A stretch of DNA of 15,529 nt from Fidelibacterota bacterium (lineage in GTDB: Bacteria; Fidelibacterota; Marinisomatia; Marinisomatales; S15-B10): positions 3,811 to 19,339 of the forward strand of contig PBTS01000023.1 of assembly GCA_002729175.1 (NCBI GenBank), read 5' to 3'. The notes beneath the pieces were generated by a model. That model saw nothing but the letters and a program-made list of their open reading frames with translations. It was not told where the DNA came from and did not search any database. Position numbers and translations under genes: made by a program. Positions 7,496 through 13,493 of this stretch are shown one piece after another. Numbering within the stretch: the stretch's first letter is position 1; each line of letters opens with the position of its first letter.

Positions 7496-8589
7496 CTTTC
7501 ACTGATCGATAAATTCACTTGAAGAAGTCTCCCAGCCAGCAAAGGTATAAATTGTTCAGGAACAGCTCTGGTAAGAGATTGAAGTGAATCGAGCAATAGA
7601 AAATCTGATTCTTCTGTCTTAAATGATTTGATCCAACTCTCAGCCAATTCTGTGGTCCAAGACCAATCATCTGCGGCACGGGCCCGGGAAAGGAAGTGAG
7701 TCAACTGAGGTGGATTATTGTCTTTGATTGCTTTGATGATAGAATTAGCAGATGATTCTTTCCGTAAGGCACCATTCTCTTCTGTCAAAGGTTTGGACTT
7801 GAATTGTCGTTCAGCCCATAGTTTAAGCCCTTTTCGGTAGCCGCTTTGCCGGGGGCTGTCCGTTTCCCACAGCCGCAAAGCCGTAGAGAAAAGAGAAAGG
7901 TCTCTGTCATCACTGTTTTTCAATACATCTCCTAAAAACGGGTACAAACTGTCGTCTCCGGATAAATCTGCCGTTTCTATGGGGCGGGGCTGTTTCGTCA
8001 CTTCAGTCATAAGTAGATTCATAAACGGTTCCTGCTCTTTTTCACCGCCGAATACCGCTGAGCGGTAGACACCGTATACAAAAGTACCTAATTCATCCAT
8101 GTGATGAGTGGCCACCTCCATGATCATTTCTATAACTGCAACACGATTGTCTGAAACGACCGCGATCTTGGCTGCCTCACATCTCGCTTTTACAGAGTCA
8201 CCTTCTACCACTGCCCAGAGAAAATCCTGGGTGAACAACGGCTGATTTAACTCCTCCTGTTTCAGTTCGCTTTTTGCCAGACTGTCATCGCTTGCCTGGG
8301 AATGGTGGCAAATTTCTATGGCCTTCTCAACGATGGGCCTGGAGGGAGAATCCAATCTAAGAGCCGCCAGATTCTTGAGAGAATTGAGTGCTATGAGAGG
8401 GTGTGTACTGTTATCATCGGATGCCGCGTAAGCACAGTGATTGGATGCGGAAAATCGAAACAAATCCTTGAAAATTGATCTGAGGGCAGTATCGCTGGAG
8501 ACAGCTTCGTTTATTACATTTTTCAGGCCATTCAGATCATTCTCGAGCAAGAGTGAACTGAGGAGTGGTGTTTCAGATGTGGTATTCAT
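7492..8589 (-). CDS. Hypothetical, probably all-alpha-helical cytoplasmic protein
   Basis: 365-codon ORF with an ATGA overlap to the MBL gene; no signal peptide or TM segment; no motif I recognise. Confidence 0.75.
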   Translation of the reverse strand: MNTTSETPLLSSLLLENDLNGLKNVINEAVSSDTALRSIFKDLFRFSASNHCAYAASDDNSTHPLIALNSLKNLAALRLDSPSRPIVEKAIEICHHSQASDDSLAKSELKQEELNQPLFTQDFLWAVVEGDSVKARCEAAKIAVVSDNRVAVIEMIMEVATHHMDELGTFVYGVYRSAVFGGEKEQEPFMNLLMTEVTKQPRPIETADLSGDDSLYPFLGDVLKNSDDRDLSLFSTALRLWETDSPRQSGYRKGLKLWAERQFKSKPLTEENGALRKESSANSIIKAIKDNNPPQLTHFLSRARAADDWSWTTELAESWIKSFKTEESDFLLLDSLQSLTRAVPEQFIPLLAGRLLQVNLSISER

Positions 8590-8640
8590 CCAAACTGTTA
8601 TAATCTAAAGTAAATCTGGTCGGAGACCGGACGCTTAAAC

Positions 8641-9339
8641 TTACTGCTCTTTTTCCTCAGTCTCTTTCTCCACTTTGGGACCGAGCGGAAAAGTAATCCT
8701 TAAAGAGAATCCTACCAGACGTGAATGTTGAGTTGGCCAACCACCAGGAGACCTGTGGGGAACATCAAACCTGCTATACTCTTCATTCTGTTTAACATAA
8801 TCATCCCACGAAGGTATATAAATTTTTGTGAGAGGCATGCTGGCGAAATCATGAAAATATCCAGCCTCTAATCCAAATTTACTCTTTCGGAAGAGACCCA
8901 TGAGAAAACCGACTCGTGTACTCTGACCACTTTCCTTATAGGAGCCGTCAGGAATAACCATCCCCCGGAAGGCCCAGTAGATAGTATCTCCTTTTTTCTT
9001 CCCGTCACGAAATTTGTAATAGGTGAAATCATAGTTCGTATTAGGTGTAAGACTCCATCCCAAGTTCAGAACATCCCGTTTCTTACCTTTTTCAAACAGT
9101 GTCCTCGAGTAATCGATACCTGAACCATAGATGGGCACACCGACGCGAAGACCAAGATCACTCACATCGGAAAGGCCAAAACGATAAAACATTACAGGAA
9201 AAATATTTTCTGTCGATAGGGTATAGCCATAATATTTTTCACCTTTTTTCAATGTATGGTCTGCAACCGTAGGATGAGCAGCGCATCCCAAATAAAATGA
9301 GACAAGAGCGAGTGAAAGAATTGGGGTGAGACGACGCAA
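8641..9339 (-). CDS. Hypothetical lipoprotein, beta-strand rich (possible outer-membrane protein)
   Basis: Basic N-terminus, hydrophobic stretch and lipobox-like YLG-C19. Alternating Gly/aromatic strands such as DLGLRVG, VLNLGWS, YDFTYY, FGLEAGYF and VGFSLRITF. Confidence 0.7.
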   Translation of the reverse strand: MRRLTPILSLALVSFYLGCAAHPTVADHTLKKGEKYYGYTLSTENIFPVMFYRFGLSDVSDLGLRVGVPIYGSGIDYSRTLFEKGKKRDVLNLGWSLTPNTNYDFTYYKFRDGKKKGDTIYWAFRGMVIPDGSYKESGQSTRVGFLMGLFRKSKFGLEAGYFHDFASMPLTKIYIPSWDDYVKQNEEYSRFDVPHRSPGGWPTQHSRLVGFSLRITFPLGPKVEKETEEKEQ

Positions 9340-9356
9340 TTTTAATTTTCGGAAGT

Positions 9357-9887
9357 TTATCCGCCCTCTGCGCTTTTCTGCTCTCTCAATGGTGTTGGTG
9401 GCAGATTAAGTACATCAGCTGAGAAAAATTCAGCAAGATGACGCACAATATCTAAAACACCAACAATAGCAACAGGTTTACCTTCATCATCCATTACTGG
9501 GACATGTCGAAAACCACCCTCTGTCATCCTGTTCAAAGCAAAGGCTATGGAGTCACGTCCTCGCAAACTTTCCGGAGAATGTGTCATATAATCGTCAACA
9601 ATCTCCTCATTGTAGTCAAACCCTTTACCCGCCAGCTTCATAATAACGTCTCTCTCAGTAAAAATACCGTAAAGTTTCTCATCTACCACCAGAACGCATG
9701 CAACTCCTTCAGCCCGGAATTTCTCAATAACAGTTTGAATGGTGGTCCCACGTTCCACCAAGACCATTTTGTGTAGAGTAAGCGTATCGATGGGATCATT
9801 AATGGAGATACCTTCTGTCATCTCCTTACTTTCTTCGAATTCCTGTTCATCCATCAACTGATGCTCATCATCAAAAAACTCGCTCAC
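9357..9887 (-). CDS. CBS-pair (Bateman) domain protein
   Basis: Two CBS repeats (VLVV...LYGIFTERDV; MT.SP...GFRHVPVMD...AIVGVLDIV); GTG start with a strong SD. Confidence 0.9.
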   Translation of the reverse strand: MSEFFDDEHQLMDEQEFEESKEMTEGISINDPIDTLTLHKMVLVERGTTIQTVIEKFRAEGVACVLVVDEKLYGIFTERDVIMKLAGKGFDYNEEIVDDYMTHSPESLRGRDSIAFALNRMTEGGFRHVPVMDDEGKPVAIVGVLDIVRHLAEFFSADVLNLPPTPLREQKSAEGG

Positions 9888-9891
9888 TATT

Positions 9892-9899
9892 ACCTCCTT
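9892..9899 (-). promoter_or_regulatory. Shine-Dalgarno site of the CBS gene
   Basis: AAGGAGGT ending 4 nt before the GTG at 9887. Confidence 0.75.
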
Positions 9900-9926
9900 T
9901 ATAATAACAGTAATTCATTGATTTCA

Positions 9927-9955
9927 AATCTACATCCAGACCATATGATTCCCAA
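9927..9955 (-). promoter_or_regulatory. Putative sigma70-type promoter of the CBS gene
   Basis: TTGGGA (9955-9950), 17-nt spacer, TAGATT (9932-9927) in the intergenic gap. Confidence 0.4.
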
Positions 9956-9965
9956 GCAGGAGCGG

Positions 9966-12242
9966 TCATAATCCCAGAACTTTGTCTACCAGCTTAACCA
10001 TGTCGAGAACATTTAATTTTGAATCGTGATTCATATCAGCTTTGGCTCTTTCATCATCAGATGCAGAATCGGGCCACATCAATAAATCAGCCAGTTTCAA
10101 CAGATCAGCAACATCGATGAGACAATCACCCGTGAGATCTCCAGAAGAAACATCAAGAGCTGGATAGGTCAAAAGTTGAAGATCATCAAAGTAGAAACCA
10201 TCCTCATTCGTGTCGTATTCATCAGATCTGAGGATAAAACGGATGAGAACTTCACCGAATCCTTCGAAGGCACCAAGATCAATGGATTCTTTGACCCAAT
10301 CTGTCTGCTTTCCGTCATAAACAAACCTTCCTTTGGGCTGTCCACTACCTGACCCTGTGGATTTCTTGGTGTATTTACCCGGTAAGGAAATCCAAGGACC
10401 GCCATTAGCCTTCGCTTCAATGGAAACACCATCGTAGTCATCTTCAATATCCCATTTTGCCCAGAAGACCAGTCGGCTGTTGGAAGCGTTAGTAAGATCG
10501 ACGGGAGAATCGATCACCAGACTCATGGCACTGTTGGAACTATAGTTACCACTGGGGCTGTCCGTAACAGACGCTGAACCACTGTATGCCTCATTCGAAA
10601 AACCCCACGGTGACTGGCGCCATTGGTTCATATCCGACTCGCCATCTTCGCTGAAACTGATGTCAGGCGTACCGATAACGAATCCTACGGTATCGAGATA
10701 CACTTCCCTGTTGTCATCGATGAAATGAAAAATCAAGCCGCTTGAACAACCGCGGGGAACTCCGGTGGAAAAAGTGACCGGTACAGTCACTGTGTCAGTC
10801 AAAAATGCGCGCCTTTCAACAGTACCAAGATTCATGAATATGGAATCTGTTTCCACGGCACTGTTCAAGGAACTGACGGTGGCCGTAACATTTCCCAGAC
10901 TTTCCCTTAGGCCTTTATTCCGGAAAGCCACTTTCCTTGACCCTGTCTCACCAGGTTGAAAATAGAGGCTATCTATTCCAATAAGATCAGCCTGCATAAC
11001 CGTCCCAGCTACTTTTGCAAAGTAGCTGTTTGGCCAAAGATTTTCTTGGCACAACGGTCCAATTCTATCGGTGGATGGCCAAAAGCCGTCTAGAAAATCA
11101 CCCACTTCAGGCGCAAAGGCGATCATCTCTTCTTCCACATAAGAGTAGTCTACAGCATCACCATTAACAGTATAACCAACTGTCTCAATACCTGTCCCCA
11201 CATGGTATTGATTCAACCTGGTCATCTCTCTGCCAAATTGCCTGAACATTGATATGTCCGGCTCCGGGGGATAGGAGCCATCACCGTAGGGATGGATTAG
11301 TAGATTAGTGTATGTGTGATAGTGAAGTACATTCCTAAATCTTTTACCCTCCATAAAATCCCGGAGAACTGACGATTCAGCTTCAGAGAAGGCCTCACTT
11401 CCTCGATATGATGGAGAGCACGGATCGGGACTTGATCCTTGGTCGTTGGCACCCCATCTATAGCTGAAGTTCCGATTCAGGTCAACTCCGCGGGTTGTCT
11501 CTTCACCACAGTTCGTATCCTTTCTGTTTTTCCTGTGCATGCCACCCCCTTCTGGCGCAATAGTCTGATTGTAGACGTAACCATCAGGATTAACGCAAGG
11601 TACGAACCATAACTCGCGGTTATCGAGAATGTCAGTGGGTAATTTTTTTATACCATAGTTTTTGCAAAGGTGATGAATAAAATAGATAAGATTCATCATA
11701 CCCAATGGTTCACGGGCATGGGTAAGCCCCGTGTAAAGAATGCGCGATTCCAACTCCTCGTTGCTGTTTTCATCAAGATCAACGTTATCAGAAACTTTCA
11801 CGGTCCAGATGTCCCTACCCTCTACTGATTTTCCGATACTCATCTTCTCGGAGACAAGATTGGGGTAAAGAAAATGAAGCGTGTCAAGTTCTGCCTCCAT
11901 TTCCGCCAGAGTATAGTTCCCACCCATAGACCCCAGTTTAAAATCTTCATAGGTTCGGAATCTTCGGTCAAAACGGGATCGATAGAATTCGAGAAGATTT
12001 GGCTCCAGCACCTCCACCTCAAAACCTTGCGATTCCAGCCTGGCCACTTCCACCTCACTGGCTGTCAATTCTACGTAGACACCACGCTTGTGTCGGATGT
12101 GATCCATGGGAATACCGGTCTCAGCGATTGTCGTCAACTGTTGAGGTGCAGTATAATAAACCCTCACCTGCTGATAAACATCTTCGGCAAGAACAATCTG
12201 CACAAAAAGTAGAAGTACGGCGAAAGAGATAAAAGTCTTCAT
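9966..12242 (-). CDS. Secreted M14 zinc carboxypeptidase (carboxypeptidase T-like) with jelly-roll/MAM-like domain and C-terminal dockerin
   Basis: Signal peptide MKTFISFAVLLLFVQIVLA; HARE (HxxE), NPDG, RKNRK, GVDLNRNF, HTY and catalytic PEVG. A domain with TDSPSGNY/WDIEDDYD/GFYFDD follows, then duplicated Ca-loop repeats GDLTGDCLIDVAD and ADMNHDSKLNVLD. Confidence 0.9.
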   Translation of the reverse strand: MKTFISFAVLLLFVQIVLAEDVYQQVRVYYTAPQQLTTIAETGIPMDHIRHKRGVYVELTASEVEVARLESQGFEVEVLEPNLLEFYRSRFDRRFRTYEDFKLGSMGGNYTLAEMEAELDTLHFLYPNLVSEKMSIGKSVEGRDIWTVKVSDNVDLDENSNEELESRILYTGLTHAREPLGMMNLIYFIHHLCKNYGIKKLPTDILDNRELWFVPCVNPDGYVYNQTIAPEGGGMHRKNRKDTNCGEETTRGVDLNRNFSYRWGANDQGSSPDPCSPSYRGSEAFSEAESSVLRDFMEGKRFRNVLHYHTYTNLLIHPYGDGSYPPEPDISMFRQFGREMTRLNQYHVGTGIETVGYTVNGDAVDYSYVEEEMIAFAPEVGDFLDGFWPSTDRIGPLCQENLWPNSYFAKVAGTVMQADLIGIDSLYFQPGETGSRKVAFRNKGLRESLGNVTATVSSLNSAVETDSIFMNLGTVERRAFLTDTVTVPVTFSTGVPRGCSSGLIFHFIDDNREVYLDTVGFVIGTPDISFSEDGESDMNQWRQSPWGFSNEAYSGSASVTDSPSGNYSSNSAMSLVIDSPVDLTNASNSRLVFWAKWDIEDDYDGVSIEAKANGGPWISLPGKYTKKSTGSGSGQPKGRFVYDGKQTDWVKESIDLGAFEGFGEVLIRFILRSDEYDTNEDGFYFDDLQLLTYPALDVSSGDLTGDCLIDVADLLKLADLLMWPDSASDDERAKADMNHDSKLNVLDMVKLVDKVLGL

Positions 12243-12250
12243 GTCGAGTG

Positions 12251-12284
12251 AAATTAATCAACTCCCCATTGATATCAAATGGAG
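12251..12284 (-). promoter_or_regulatory. Putative promoter with overlapping palindrome upstream of the carboxypeptidase
   Basis: TTGATA (12278-12273), 16-nt spacer, TAATTT (12256-12251), ending 8 nt before the ATG. Perfect palindrome TTGATATCAA at 12269-12278 inside an imperfect inverted repeat at 12262-12284. Confidence 0.35.
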
Positions 12285-12327
12285 CCTCTTAATAGAATTG
12301 ACACAAACTCGAGGCCTAGAGAAAAAC

Positions 12328-12864
12328 CTAGAAATAAAGCATCACGTAAACCAGAGCACCTGTAACACTGACGTAAAGCCAGATTGGCAAAGTGATTTTC
12401 GCAATTTTGCGGTGTTTGCGAGTACTCATCGTCCACCCGCGGTACAGGGTGACCATCCCCAAAGGAAGTATCACAGATGCAAGAATGATGTGCGTAAACA
12501 GGATAAAGAAATAGAGTGCCTGCCATTCACCAGAATAGTGGGCAGGACCACTTTTGAACCAGTGATAAACGACATAAGTAACCAGGAAAAGAGCTGACGT
12601 TCCAAAAGCTGTAAGCATTGTCTTTTTATGAAGAGTAATATTGTTTTGGCGAATAAAAATGTAAGCCGCCACCAAGAGAACGATTGTGATCAAGTTCAAA
12701 ATGGCATTAACGGTAGGGAGACCGGAAACATCAACTGCTCCCTCCATCCCCTCCGTCCGGGGTCCAAGAGTAAGAAAAATGACCGCAAGAGCAAGAACGG
12801 CTGAAAGGATATAGATAATCCTGAGCCAAAACTGGTCTCCGCGAGCCGCTAGTGATACTATTAT
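12328..12864 (-). CDS. DUF420 family membrane protein (CtaM/YozB-like cytochrome oxidase assembly factor)
   Basis: LPTVNAILN, HKKTML, SALFLVTYVVYH, YFFILFTHIILA, HRKIAKITLPIWLYVSVTG. The ORF track starts at ATG 12747, but the frame is open 39 codons further and encodes an extra TM helix. The proposed start is ATA at 12864. Confidence 0.88.
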   Translation of the reverse strand: MIVSLAARGDQFWLRIIYILSAVLALAVIFLTLGPRTEGMEGAVDVSGLPTVNAILNLITIVLLVAAYIFIRQNNITLHKKTMLTAFGTSALFLVTYVVYHWFKSGPAHYSGEWQALYFFILFTHIILASVILPLGMVTLYRGWTMSTRKHRKIAKITLPIWLYVSVTGALVYVMLYF

Positions 12865-13451
12865 AGTGTCACCTCTGCCAGCAGTTCAGCGTCACGCCAC
12901 AGTTGTTGCATTTCCTCAAGCTCTGAACTGATGTAATACCCTCTGATTCTCGCCTTGCCATCAAGAAGGATGAAGCGGGTACTGTGAAAAATAGGATCTT
13001 CAACAGAACCGACTTTGAACCCATCAACGGCGAGTTTGTGGATCGCTTCTTTATCTCCTGTGAGGAAATGCCATTTGTCATAGTCTGCTCCGTATCGTTC
13101 GCCGTATTCACGAAGGATTTCAGGCGTATCGTACTCGGGATTAACAGAAACTGAGAGAAGATTAAGATCCGATGCATTTGCAAACCGAGACTGGAGTTCA
13201 GCGAACTGGCCTGTCATCACCGGGCACGGTCCGGCACAAGTGGTGAAAATGAAGTCAGCAACCCAAACTTTCCCATAGAGATCTTCCTTACCAAATTCGT
13301 CTCCGTTCTGATCAGTGAGCCGGAAATCAATCAGTTCTCCCAAGACTGGTAACTCGTCCTTTTTATTCTCTGGACGTCTTAGGCTCACTACAAGAATAAT
13401 GACACCAAAAGTGACGAAAAACCAAAGATGTTTGTCCTTCAGAAAAGACAT
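12861..13451 (-). CDS. sco: SCO1/SenC family copper chaperone
   Basis: N-terminal TM anchor, DFIFTTCAGPCP (CxxxC), SVNPEYDTPE, HSTRFILLD. The ATG at 13451 has GAGGAGG 6 nt upstream and is preferred over TTG 13466. Confidence 0.93.
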   Translation of the reverse strand: MSFLKDKHLWFFVTFGVIILVVSLRRPENKKDELPVLGELIDFRLTDQNGDEFGKEDLYGKVWVADFIFTTCAGPCPVMTGQFAELQSRFANASDLNLLSVSVNPEYDTPEILREYGERYGADYDKWHFLTGDKEAIHKLAVDGFKVGSVEDPIFHSTRFILLDGKARIRGYYISSELEEMQQLWRDAELLAEVTL

Positions 13452-13493
13452 TTTATTCCTCCTCAACGCAATAAATGTGGACTGGATCAGTCA

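Noticed and set aside
8606..8632. Intrinsic terminator after the lipoprotein gene
   Set aside because: On the minus strand the stem (GGTC-TCC-GACC) is only 4 perfect bp and the U-tract is interrupted.
3016..12242. Zinc regulon (Nfo, FolE, PTPS, MBL hydrolase and M14 are all metal/zinc enzymes)
   Set aside because: No Zur-like box or zinc transporter is seen, and the genes fall in different apparent transcription units.
12748..12860. Separate small membrane protein or non-coding gap between sco and DUF420
   Set aside because: The hydrophobic segment is in frame with DUF420 with no intervening stop.
13452..13466. TTG start for SCO at 13466
   Set aside because: The extra codons are the SD itself (GAGGAGG), well spaced from ATG 13451.
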